Source: Lama glama (taxonomy: Eukaryota). Taken from it: a DNA stretch of 64,000 nucleotides. Location of the stretch: contig CM052832.1 of assembly GCA_028534125.1 (NCBI GenBank), positions 11,472,001-11,536,000 of the forward strand, read 5' to 3'. The position numbers and the translations under genes were made by a program. Below are positions 1-12,310 of the stretch, piece by piece. The notes beneath the pieces were generated by a model that saw only the letters and a list, made by a program, of their open reading frames with translations, searched no databases and was not told where the DNA came from. The stretch's first letter is position 1. Every line of letters begins with the position of its first letter.

Positions 1-1203
1 AGGCAGGGAATTAGTTGAGAGTGTGGTGTCTGGCCCTAGAGGTCACTTGGGCCCAAATTTCCCCATAGCCGAAGGAAAGCCCCGGGGTGCTCCCAGTCAG
101 TCTCCACCAGGCTCTTCAGCAGCTCCTCCCCACCCCTGTGCCTCGGCTCTTCTGTTCCCTACACAGGGAACGATGGTGACCTCCTTTCTTCCAGTTCCTG
201 CTCCTCCATTCCTCTAAAACCTTCCCCAGGAAGGTTGTTCTTTGGGAAGTCCCTGTGCAGTCACGCCCCTCCTTTTGCTTCCTTGCGATCGTCCCACTGT
301 CTATACCACATTATCTCACTGTCGGTGCACTGTCTCTGAGCGCTCTCCTGCTTTATAATGTAAGCTTTGACCTGGCCATTTCCCCAGAGCTTTATATCGT
401 GAGGTCAAGGGAAGTGGTTCCTTTATTTCTCTGGAACTAGCCCTGGAAGAGGGCTGTCAATAGCGTCGACACTTAGGACTTGTGACCAGATGGTCTGCTT
501 CACCAACTGACTCACTGCCTGAGTGAACAAACAGATGTTTCATTTCAACAATGAAATGCTTTCCAGAGAAGCAGCTGTTAAGAGCCAGAGAGGTCAAAGG
601 GAAAATGATGGCCTCCCAGACCCTTTTCACCTCTTTTTCACAACTGTTGCTCGTTTGGGGTGGGAGGTTATTCTCTGCTGGAGTCCACACTCTGAGAACT
701 GGGACCCTGACCCTTCCCTTCCCTGCACTGTCCTCCCTGCTTCAGGCCAACAGAACCATCTTAAGCATGTGCTCCTATGGTGGAGACCTTTCTGAGCACA
801 AGCTCTGTAGAGAGTGGGGAGAGAGAACTGCTTAACTGGAGCTGCCACGGTGGGCTAACTGGCAAAGTCCTCATGGCCAGAGTCAAGGCTTCACTCCAAG
901 TCGCCCAGGTCCCCCTTACCTCTTATCCTTTCCCCACCCCCCAGGTTCCCCTTCACCAAGATCTCCAGTTCATCCTGGCCAGTTAGCATAGTGGGCTAAA
1001 GATCTCCAGTTCTTCTGAGCTGCCATCTGCACTCATGGTTTCCAGTCCACATTCCAACTCACAGCCTTCCAAAACTGTCTTTTCCTCTTTACCATCTCTG
1101 ACTCCTGAGCCCATAGGTCTGACCTCAGTGGTTTGCCGGTATTTATGAGATCATTTCTACTTGGCAAATGATTTACATTTAGGAACACAATATGCAAAAG
1201 GAA

Positions 1204-1438
1204 GGTTTTGGAGTCAGACAAACCTGCAATCAAGTTATGGCTTTGCCATTTTACTCACTGTTGTCTTGGGTCACTTTTAACTTCTTTCAACCTCAGTTGC
1301 CTTACCTGTAAAATGGGCCCAATATTTCCTAGCTGAGAGGGTCACTGTATGTAATCCCCCTAGCACAGAGTTCTCAGTAAGTATTAGCTCCCTCCCCAAT
1401 AGAATTATTGTGAAGGCTGAGTTAATATTTATGAAATA
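1204..1438 (+). repeat. MIR SINE fragments, the last one interrupted by the L1 insertion (it resumes at about 2852-2885)
   Basis: gttttggagtcagac…cctcagttgccttacctgtaaaatggg MIR core; the MIR tail acagtgcctgtcacatag resumes after the L1. Confidence 0.7.
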
Positions 1439-2840
1439 AGAAAGGGGAACCCTCCTACACTGCTGGTGGGAATGCAGTTTGGTGCAGCCACTATGGAAAA
1501 CAGTGTGGAGATTCCTCAAAAGACTAGGAATAGACTTACCATATGACCCAGGAATCCCACTCCTGGGCTTGTATCCAGAAGGAACCCTACTTCAGGATGA
1601 CACCTGCACCCCAATGTTCATAGCAGCACTATTTACANNNNNNNNNNNNNNNNNNNNNNNNNNNNNNNNNNNNNNNNNNNNNNNNNNNNNNNNNNNNNNN
1701 NNNNNNNNNNNNNNNNNNNNNNNNNNNNNNNNNNNNNNNNNNNNNNNNNNNNNNNNNNNNNNNNNNNNNNNNNNNNNNNNNNNNNNNNNNNNNNNNNNNN
1801 NNNNNNNNNNNNNNNNNNNNNNNNNNNNNNNNNNNNNNNNNNNNNNNNNNNNNNNNNNNNNNNNNNNNNNNNNNNNNNNNNNNNNNNNNNNNNNNNNNNN
1901 NNNNNNNNNNNNNNNNNNNNNNNNNNNNNNNNNNNNNNNNNNNNNNNNNNNNNNNNNNNNNNNNNNNNNNNNNNNNNNNNNNNNNNNNNNNNNNNNNNNN
2001 NNNNNNNNNNNNNNNNNNNNNNNNNNNNNNNNNNNNNNNNNNNNNNNNNNNNNNNNNNNNNNNNNNNNNNNNNNNNNNNNNNNNNNNNNNNNNNNNNNNN
2101 NNNNNNNNNNNNNNNNNNNNNNNNNNNNNNNNNNNNNGAATGCAGTTTGGTGCAGCCACTATGGAAAACAGTGTGGAGATTCCTCAAAAGACTAGGAATA
2201 GACTTACCATATGACCCAGGAATCCCACTCCTGGGCTTGTATCCAGAAGGAACCCTACTTCAGGATGACACCTGCACCCCAATGTTCATAGCAGCACTAT
2301 TTACAATAGCCAAAACATGGAAACAGCCTAAATGTCTATCAACAGGTGACTGGATAAAGAAGATGTGGTATATTGATACAATGGAATACTACTCAGCCAT
2401 AAAAACCGACAACATAATGCCATTTGCAGCAACATGGATGCTCCTGGAGAATGTCATTCTAAGTGAAATAAGCCAGAAAGAGAAAGAAAAATACCATATG
2501 AGATCGCACATATATGGACTCTAAAAAACAAAAACAACAAACAAACAAAAACAAAATGTAAATACAGGACAGAAATAGACTCATAGACAGAGAATACAGA
2601 CTTGTGGTTGCCAGGGGGGTGGAGGGTGGGAAGAGATAGACTGGGATTTCAAAATTGTAGAATAGATAAACAAGATTACACTGTATAGCACAGGGAAATA
2701 TACACAAAATGTTATGATAACTCACAGAGAAAAAAATGTGACAATGAGTGTGTCCATGAATGACTGAAAATTGTGCTGAACACTGGAATTTGACACAACA
2801 TTGTAAAATGATTATAAATCAATAAAAAATGTAAAAAAAA
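1439..2840 (+). mobile_element. 5'-truncated young LINE-1 (ORF2 C-terminus, 3'UTR and A-tail) spanning an assembly gap
   Basis: Stop-free ORF2 tail [14 protein letters not shown]…YDPGIPLLG…[21 protein letters not shown]…MEYYSAIK ending TAA at 2522-2524. AATAAA at 2821, A-rich tail, and TSD atttatgaaata at 1427-1438 and 2840-2851. Confidence 0.95.
1638..2137. other. Assembly gap (500 N)
   Basis: Run of exactly 500 N. Confidence 1.
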
Positions 2841-5800
2841 TTTATGAAATATGAAACAGTGCCTGTCACATAGAAGACATACACAAAAAATAATTTTCCC
2901 CTTCCTTTTATCCACCAAAGAATGAACACTAGTGTATCTAAATTCAGTTTGCCTTATACTTACTTCCAAGCCAAGGAATTAAGAATTTTATCTAAATCCA
3001 CATGCATTTCAAGGAAGGGGCATTTTTGCCACTAGGCTAGAATGTAATTCTTTACTTCTCTTTTTTAAATGTATCAAAAGAAAATTTGAGACTAGAGTGG
3101 AATTCGTTCCTAATTTAGGCATTGATAGAAAACTTACCTCATTTTCAGACAACAGGACCTAGAACACTGTTTCTGCCTCTGTCCCCAAAGCACAGGCTGA
3201 TGTGAGAACCAGACTCACCAAGAACCCTGTTAACCCTGGCCCTTAGAAGTGTTCAAGACATGTCAAACTCAGGGAATCCAGTATTTTTCAGATTCCACAG
3301 AATGTGGAATCTCTTTCTAAGTTGAAGAAGAATGCTACATTTCTATTCAGTGAGCCTTGCAGTCAACTGCCCTTAAACCCACAAAGGGCTAGAACACACA
3401 TGTCCTTCCACTCAGATTCCTAGGATTGGTCCCAGTATCAGGCATGGAATTAGACACGAGGACCCTTTTAGAGCTGCCACATCCATGGACTGAAATCGAC
3501 GGAAAAGACCCCCCAGGTCCAGGTCAGCCTGGCAGCAGGACCACAGTGTGCTGTCTTATTTAATGGAAATATTGCTGGTCTCCAGATTCCTGAGCGAACT
3601 CCAAAATGCAGAAATGCCAACATGACCCAGACTGCTCTCCAGGCTCCATGCCTGTATCTGCCCATGGGTTTCTGTAAGCAACCCACATGGGCACTTTGTC
3701 CCGAATGAGAACACTCACAAAATAAAGACCCCAGAGGTGCTGGGTTAGGAAAATAACCATTTTCTACAGATGACCTTCAGGACCCTTGTCTGAAGGCTTT
3801 TGTTCCTACTGGAAATGGGCAGCGACCCTCAAGTAGCTGCTACTCTTTCAGGGGCTCCAAGCCTGTCCGCCGGGTTGGCACGTGGGGCCTGCTTCACCTG
3901 CTCAGGCTCACATCCCGGGCACAGCTGCATCAGGAGGGCAAATCAGACACAGTTACCAAGACAAAAAGGAAACACAGCCCCTGCTGAGCACTGCCCCTTC
4001 ATTCCATCCAGCCTGCCTATTCTGTGCTGCTGGGCCTGGCAGAGTTGCCTGCCGGTAGGATGTGTGATTTCTGGCACCAGAAGTCAGGAACCCATTTGAT
4101 TTATTTAGATGTGGTGCCACCGTTGGGTGGGTCTCCTAAGGTTTCTGTGGCTTTCCACTTTGGATTTTCCCTTCACTCCACTCCCTAGAGCCCCTGCCAA
4201 GCCTGCCATGCTTCAGCCTGGCCCAAGCCAGCCCTAAGAATCAACTAATTAAAGGTTCTCCTTTGACATCTTTCATGTGGCAATTTATGAAACTCTAAGG
4301 CAGGTCCTAATCTGAGAACTTTAGCCCAGGTGTTATGATCTGGTTTGAAAATAGGCTTTTGACCCCAAAGCTTTGGGGCACCAATCTATTCCAGAAGTTA
4401 TCAATCAAAACAGAGAAGCAGGTTGGGCAAGTGCCCTTGGTCACCCCAAAAGATCGACTCTTTGGGCTTCACATCTGCAGTCACTTTGGCCGTGGCTAAG
4501 TGGTTTTGTCTTCCCCTCATCCTCAGATTCCATCCCCGGCTGTACCCGCCCAGCAACCCCTCAAATTGTAGATGAGCTGCTCCTGGCCCTTAAAGTAAAC
4601 AGAGCCATGGCACATGGCACTGCTTCCTGTGGTGACCTCCATCCCCCTGGCGCTGAGGAGACATGGACAGAGGGCTCCTTGGCATCTCCCCACAAGATGC
4701 TGCTCCCTGGGGAAGAGCACCTGCCGCTCAGCCCCTCAGGTGATGGAACTAGGCAGCTATTTTCCCCCAAAGCCCGGGAATGATGAAAGTAACAGCGGCT
4801 GTCATTTAATTAGGTAGTAATCTGGGAGCCATCCATTGCAGGACGAGCTTCTCTGCCAGGGATGATTGACTGGGAGAGGCTGCCTGAAAAACCAGGCTGA
4901 AAACCCAGTTCTATAATTAGTTTCCCCAGCAAGGGATGCTGTGATTGGTTAGCTATGTCTTCCATGGGTGTGAGGAAGGAAGTTCGGAACACAGGGGCTA
5001 CCTCTGTGCCATCCCTGTCTTTTATGTACCTTCCAAAACCTCCTCCCTAAATGGCAGCATCCTCCCCACAGTGTGGGGGAGGACAGTAATGACAGTATCT
5101 CTGATGTCCTTTCTAATCTTTCCAGGAAATGGTCCGTCATTTGGCACCTCCCCATCTCATGAATTCATTCAGCCTGGCATCAAAGGACCCTTTGCTGCCC
5201 ATGCTAGAAGCTGCTGACTTGTCCTTCACCCTAGAGTTTCTGGCTATAGCCATCATTTCCTCTCCATGGGACATCCTTGTTCCAGGCATCATTCCCAGGA
5301 ATGCTGGAGCACTGACCTTTCCCTTGGTCCTCATATCTTTGCTGACCTTTATGTTTCATGCTACCTTGAGAGGTGATCCCTTCCTCTCATCTAAATTTTT
5401 CATTCCTTTCCCTCCCATTGGTCCATTCATTTTAACTTCTGCACACACTAAGGGATAGAATTCTCTTCTGGTTATTTATGGGAGGATATTTTTGTGTATT
5501 TCACCTAAGTCAACATTTACTGAGAAATTTCGGTGCACATAAAACTTACATCAGATACCGTACAAAAACACACTCTATCCCCACCTGTTGCTTCTCATTA
5601 CTGTGTGCACTTCCATGTTCTGCATACCATAGTCATCATACCACGATATCAAAGCCATTACCTCACCTTCAGTTTCAAAAGCTTCTGCTACCAAGCCACG
5701 GACAGTGTAATCATCCCCCGGCGTCCAGCTTCCTCCCTGCCTCAGCCCCGAGCATCCCCTCCCAGCTCTGAGTCTTCTCATGTCTTTAGTCCCAAACTCT

Positions 5801-7289
5801 CTCTTCCCTTGGAATCCACCCCATCTCTCATTTGTCCTCATTCCTTTTTGGTCTTTTTTTCTCTCCTTCCTTCTTCAGTTAGAGGGAACTGAGGCACCAC
5901 ATAAATAAATGTCTTTCCCAAAGAAAATATATTATTGGCTCTGACTAGAAAATCATTTTTCAGCATGAATAACACAACTCTCCATCATTTTACCCTGTCA
6001 ATTTTTAAGCAATAGCTTAAGCAGCAGTAGGTTGTTCGGGGGCAGCCAGGAAAATGGGCCCTGGCCCAGGAGCCTCAGACTAGCGGAAATCAGACAGCAG
6101 GCCCAAAGGCAGCGGCATAAACTCTCCACTTCCTCTGTTTTTCCTTTCCATTTGGTTTCCATGGGACCCTGTGTTGGGGGCGGGGAGGGCTTCCAAAAGT
6201 ACTGATTTTTAGGAAAATAAGGAACCAAATTTCAGGATGGCAAAAAAAAAAAAAAAGCATTAAGAAATGCATAAGGGACCAGTCCCTAAGAACTCCAGAT
6301 GCCTGGCATTGTCAGAAACCCAACTCCAAGGCTGTTTTTGAGGGCACCTCGTTGACTACCATTTTTTCTACCTAAGTGCTCTTTACTAGGCATCAAAACC
6401 CAGAAGAGGTTGCACCTTCAGGACTTGGAAATATTTTCCATCCAACTCACAACCCAGAATTGCAATGTCGTGTTTCAGGAACAGAGATTGAGAAACTCCT
6501 CTCCTTTAGGGGGTTTGGAGGTTTTGTTTTTTGCCTTGTTTTGTTTGAAATTGTATACTACCCTGTGATGTTTTATTTGCTGTCCTTTAGGTTTTAAGCA
6601 GTCCTGTGATTCAGCAAGCCAACAGGCTTCTCTGAGTCATCTGCATTTTCTGGGTTTCAATGCTGGTACTTATGATTGAAATTCACTAGAAGGAAACAAG
6701 CAAGGGCTAGAAACGGGCATGGCAAGTAGGAATGGCTGAAGCTGATGGGCAATTGAGTCTGACAGACTAAACAAAGTTGGGAAGAAGGCACAGTTGATCT
6801 TCCCTTTCAAGCTCAGATCCCCCCGATTCTGGCACCAGCCTGAGACACCATCCTATGTCTCATCTTTGCAGGACCTTTTAGCTAATTGTCAGCAAATCAC
6901 CAAATTTTTCTTTGCTAGCCCTAAAGTGGATGCTTTCAGAGTATTTGCATTTTTATAAAAGCTTCTTGGAGTTGGAATTCATCTCTGTTGGTAACATGTA
7001 GCGGGGAGAAGACGGTGTTGGATTTCTAAAATCACACCGTCCAGTGGACAGGCCCAGCCAACAGCATGATGGTGGGGGGCGGAGGTGCAATGGGTTCACG
7101 CATCTCCTCCCCCATCGCATCACATGTGCTGTAGCAAAAGGAACAACGTTCATCTCATGGGTAAATCTGTTCCCACAGGTCATTGGGAGGCCCACCCCCT
7201 GCCATCTCCATCAGGTATACTTTTCCCAGGCAAAACTGATCTAAGAGCAGGTCTACCTTCCTCTAAAACCTGCCCAATTTTTACCCCTT

Positions 7290-7420
7290 TATAACCATTT
7301 CTTTAACTGAGTCTCCGTTTCCTCCCCTGCAAAATGAAATTATGACCAGGGATCATGGAGAAGTTTAACTGGAATAATATGTAACAAAGCACTTGGTAGA
7401 GCACTTAGCATAGGGTCTGC
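7290..7420 (+). repeat. MIR fragment
   Basis: ctgagtctccgtttcctcccctgcaaaatgaaat…gtaacaaagcacttggtagagcacttagcatag resembles the MIR core and tail. Confidence 0.6.
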
Positions 7421-7539
7421 AAGAAATTCGTTTCTGAGTCACAAAAAGGTCATTCCTATCAGGTAGCAGAACCATGCATATTAATCCAGTTGCCCTTTTA
7501 ATCCACTCTCCTCTGGCCCCTCCACCTAATATCTTCCAC

Positions 7540-7815
7540 TTCTCCACCTGGCAAATGCTGCTTCATCCTCAGAATCCTTCCCCATCTCCCAATGGAGCTG
7601 GCCCTCCCCCTGTTTCCCAGAGCTGGACACATGCCTCCCTTACAACAACCAGCAACTGCTTTGTAATTATCTGTTTACTTTTCCTTCTCCCTCACCTAGA
7701 TTTTGAACTCTTTAAGGGCAAGGATCAACGCCATGATCTTCTTGTTCAAGTTTATATCTCTGTCACATGCCCAACACAGTACCTAAGGTGAATAAATACT
7801 TGTCGAGAGAATAAA
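7540..7815 (+). repeat. L2 LINE 3' fragment
   Basis: ctagattttgaactctttaagggcaagga…cccaacacagtacct…aataaatacttgtcga is a typical L2 3' end. Confidence 0.6.
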
Positions 7816-10779
7816 TATATCGATGATAATCTCATTAGCAAGATGAGCGTTCGTTCAGTCACTGGTGCTTCGTGGCTCCTGCTCTTTTCAGTGCACGTGA
7901 CCTGTGCTCAGAGGCAGGAGCTCGACGGATAAGAAAGCTGTTTTCTAAATCCTGAGAGGGAAAAGGAAGTGGAGATATCTCTTCAGGAAGTAAAAAGGTG
8001 CTCGTTAACTTTGTGGCTGGGCCCAAGCTGGAGTGAGAACGGTATGTCAGCACAGTCCCCAAGGGGCTGGACGTGGGCTGAAGCAGCAGAGTGGTGATGG
8101 CCGAGAGTGGGACTGAGATGGAGTCTGGGGTCACACACTGCTGCTGCCTGTGGAGTCCTTTCCGTGTGCCCCTCTCAGGGGACCCACGGCCTCACCCGCC
8201 CTGTGGCAGCCCTGCAGCCCCACGAGGCTTCCAGGCCTGGCTTTGCCTCTTTGCCATCAGTCTGTGAGCATCATGGCCACCTCACCTGGGCCTCCCTGAG
8301 CAGACACTTAGGCATACATGATGGCTGCCGAGACTACAGCCATCACGCTAATGTCCATCCATCTGAGGTCATCACCATCAAAGAGCTCCAGTTCTAGAAT
8401 CTTTCTCCACTGTGGCCGGAAGAAGAGCAATCCCATGTTCCTGATGATGAGCCTGTGGCACTGTAGGACCCACGTGCCTTTTAAATCACTAAGAACATGA
8501 AATACTTCCAGTATGACTACCCCATAACGTGTACTTTACTAAACTTCAAGTCTCTGAAAATCAGTGATTTGTGCAGAGTATGTGGCAGCACTGGCCCCCA
8601 ATCTCTTAGCAAGACCTTCAAAATTCTCTGCAGAATTACCCCATACTACCCTCCTGGGCTTATATCTCCTCTGGGCAGGTGCCCCATGTCCCTTCTCTCC
8701 CACCACCCAGGCCCCTCCTCGGCTCAGAGACCCAGTGGGGTTTCCAACCGATGATAAGTTCTTCCAGGACCTACACTGCATCAATGCTACTGGCACAGAA
8801 AACCTCCATGGGGCCTCTCCACCCAGCTGTCCGCTTGGGCTGTCAGCTCTAAAGGAAAGCAGAGCCTGGGAGAGAAAACCCTTCTCCTTCACTGCAGCTT
8901 TTTGGACAACACTTCACCCTGCCCCTCCCCCTGTTGGCCCTGGGTGGTGGAAGCCCTCTCATCACCTCCTCTGTGGGAGGCAATCTGGGGATCCCACAGG
9001 CAGGCAGGTCCAGTGTAGTCTCTGTGGACCCTCCGTCTCCCCCAGCCTTAGTCCAGAGGGACTCATTCCTCTGCCCCCGTGATTAAAATAAGTCATAAAT
9101 ATGATCAATTATAAAAATGATGCAGTAGAAGGCATACATGGTCAGAGCTGGAGGGGAAAGGTGGGGGAAAGGTGTGGAATGTGTCCTTTGGCTCCTGGCG
9201 GGCTCTGCTGGACGAAGTGCACTATGCTTAACGTCTCTCTTGCATCAGGGCTCGTCTTTCCGAGCATCGCCCAAACCCACTCCCAGGCCCACTCAACTCG
9301 AGAGTGTGCGGGGCAGATGTGGAAACAACTGAGACCTGCCCATTTGCTTCTGATTGGAAAAGGGTGGGGTGTCTTGGTGTGCCTCACCATTCAGACATTC
9401 TTCATGATGCTATTTTTATCAACAGTAATCATTAAATTGGTATCAGATGGGCTGGTCGTGTTCCTCAGCCCGGGGTTGCATGATGGGACCCAGTGAGTTT
9501 TTTCCAGGCAAAAGGGGATATGGTGTGAGCCTCACTGAATGCATCTCTGGAACCCCAGGCCTCATCATGAACCCCTCTAGCCCTGGACTGTGTTCCTATG
9601 GCAATGAGAGCAAGGCTCCTCATTACTCCTGTTTCATTCCTGACCTGCTTCATTTAATAGACAGACATTGAGCACCTTCTAAATGCCAGACATTGAACAG
9701 GACACTGGGGACTCTCAAAAAATATTATCTCTACCTCCTGAGAAACATGCATTTCATGACAAGGAGTTGTCGTGTGAAGTGACAGGATCTCTTGGGCTGT
9801 GCGTGGTACAGAGGTGTTGATCCAAACCTAGTGGAGGGAGGAGTCGTTTAAGTCTGGGCCTCACAGAAAGCTCCATGGAGGTGGTAACACTCAGCCAGGG
9901 CTTCAAAGATAGAGTTAAGTGGCTGAAAACATAGGAAAGGGCACCAAGGGCAGAGGCATAAAAAAATGGCTCCATGGATCATCCAAAATCCATCTGTGAA
10001 TTCAGTTCTCACCAAGGGAGCCCCGGGCCACCCCTGCACAGAGCCTCCCCCTGGGAGGCAGCCAGGAAGAGGACCTCAGTGCAGGAGTGCCACCAGCTGA
10101 CTCTGGAGCCCTGGCCGTTCTGAGTCTGGTGTCAGAGTTTGGCCCCTGAGCAGGACCCAGCAGCGAGGGTTGGCCTGTCATGGGTTCAGGGATTCAGGAT
10201 GTTGAAGTTAGATGTGGGTGCTGTGATTGAGAACCTAACTCCTGAGTGAGAACTGAGGCCTCTCACTAGACACAGGAAACCAGGATGAGTCATTACATGG
10301 AGACTAAGAGCAGAGTTTTCTAGATTCAGAATCTTTCAGTCAGGATTATACTTCTTTTAACTGAACACATGGAAATTCAGGGTGAAATTGAACAGAAAAC
10401 CAAAGTGGGCATAACAGGAAAACGGGGAGAGATGTGGCACGGAATGATGGCAGAAAGTGCTTTTGCAGATGTTGCCAGCAATCCAGGGCTTGGCGCTCTG
10501 GTTTTCATTTCCTCTGCCCAGACCTTCCAAACCCCGCCCCCACCAGTCACATGGAGGCCCCAGCACAAGCCCGCAGGCTGCCAAGGTGTCCCGGAAGGGC
10601 CTCCTCCCCTGGCTGGTGGCCAGCTGGAGGAGCCTGGGGCCACCTGTCTGGTCAGGAGGCTCTCTGCTGTGGGCCTCTGGAGCCAGGGCTGGCTTTCTTT
10701 GTGGTCTGACTAAAGTGACAATGAAATTAATGGGATCCTGATGCTATGACTGAGGCCATTTCCCTGTGTCTCCAAACAG

Positions 10780-10888
10780 GAGTGAGAGAGGAAATGTCGT
10801 TAGGACGCCAGGAAGCTTTTGAAATTTTCAAGAGAGACCACGCTGACAGCGTTACCATTGAAGACAACAAACAGATTCTGAAGCAGAG
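10780..10888 (+). CDS. KIF6: KIF6 internal coding exon, 109 nt, phase 1 to 2 (about human exon 14)
   Basis: Acceptor tttccctgtgtctccaaacag|GA and donor GAG|gtaagg. Translates (G)VREEMSLGRQEAFEIFKRDHADSVTIEDNKQILKQ(R), versus recalled human GMREEMSLGCQEAFEIFKRDHADSVTIDDNKQILKQR. Confidence 0.96.
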
Positions 10889-12148
10889 GTAAGGCTGGCT
10901 CAGAGAGTAGCTGGTCCTCCATGGCTTAGCCGGGCCAGCCTGGAGAGGACTTGCTACTCTGTCCTCTCTAATCTGCCCAACCTGATCTCTGAAAGAAAGG
11001 CACAGCGGATATGCAGTCTCATGGTGAGTTACGTCCTGCCTGGTCCAGTTCTCCTCCATATGTTAAGCCCCATCACCCTAGTCGGGTGAGCCACGTTAGA
11101 ACAGGGGCTGTTACTGACAGCCCTGTGTGTGCAGTTCTCACATCTTACATTCATATGTTCATTCTCATTAGCCTGTGACTCTCTTGCTATTTCACTGCTC
11201 CAGAGGCAAGGGGAAAAAGTCTACAAACCAAATGACAAGTCTTAGAACTCGGGGCCTTCTGGCTGCTCTGGAGAGCAGTCCTGCTCTTCTGGGTCAAAGG
11301 AAGTGTACGCACGCATGTCCTGCGACCCAGAGGCCATTGGGGTGTCCTCCAGGCTGAAGGCAGAACAGGCAGCACTGCCTGCTGACCAGCTGTCAAGCAA
11401 GCCCGTGTCCCAGACCCTCTAGAAAAACAGTAGTGGTACATCATTTGTTCCAGCTAAACCGTGAATTCAATGCATGTCCTCAAACAGTAGCAAACAGAAA
11501 GACTGCTGGATGTGTGTGCCTAGAGTTCACGAGAGAGAGTTCTAGACTATAAATGCCCAGATGTCATCCATGACTCCAGAGCTTACACAGTACATATTCA
11601 AAAACTCTTTGTTGAACCAAAATGAGATGCAGGTTCGAGAGTCATATGTTTATAAATGCTTCAAGGAAGCACGAGAGGGGACGAGCTCCATCAGGAGAAC
11701 ACATGGGAGTACAAGGGCTGGGAGGCCTGAACCACAGGGGAAGCTTTAAAGGAAAGTAGGGGGCAGGGAGAAGGGTGGCCGTGAGCGAGACCGAGAAGGA
11801 GAGACAGAAGAGCGGGAGAAGCCGAACGCGGGCTATGAGTGAGCAGATGAGTAAAACAAGGAGCGGGGAGCAAATCAAGTGAACCTAGTGGAAGCTGAGG
11901 ACTCTGTCCCTGGGAGAATGGACTATACACCTCTACACAAATTTTAGCCTATGAATCCAGGGAATTCACAGACCTCATGCTTCTCTGTGTATAAGCCATG
12001 GGTTTTCAGTAGAGTTTGGTGGACGTGTTGGAGCAGGACACCTTGTCTGTCTGAAGATAAGCATATCAAGTCAGATGACAGCTGCCTCACCCAGCGGCTT
12101 CCGAAGAGCCCTCAGCTGTGTCCATACCTGAGGCTTCGTAGCTTAGAC

Positions 12149-12310
12149 CAGCGCCTCATAACCCTGGCTTCATATTAAAATAACCCACGGAGCTTCTAGA
12201 AGCTACCAAAGCCTGGGTCTGACTCCCCAGATATTCTAATTGAATGAGGTAGAGCCTGAGCTTCCATTTGTTTCAATATTCCAACATGCAGCTAGGTTTG
12301 AAAACCACTG
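12149..12310. mobile_element. MER5-type hAT-Charlie MITE; a second MER5-like terminus lies at about 12386-12423
   Basis: CAG…ttgaaaaccactg termini with a degenerate 8-bp TSD (gcttagac / gcttaaag). Confidence 0.65.

Noticed and set aside
1479..2524. ORFs of 125-238 aa as host genes
   Set aside because: They are the L1 ORF2 C-terminus or read-through across N bases.
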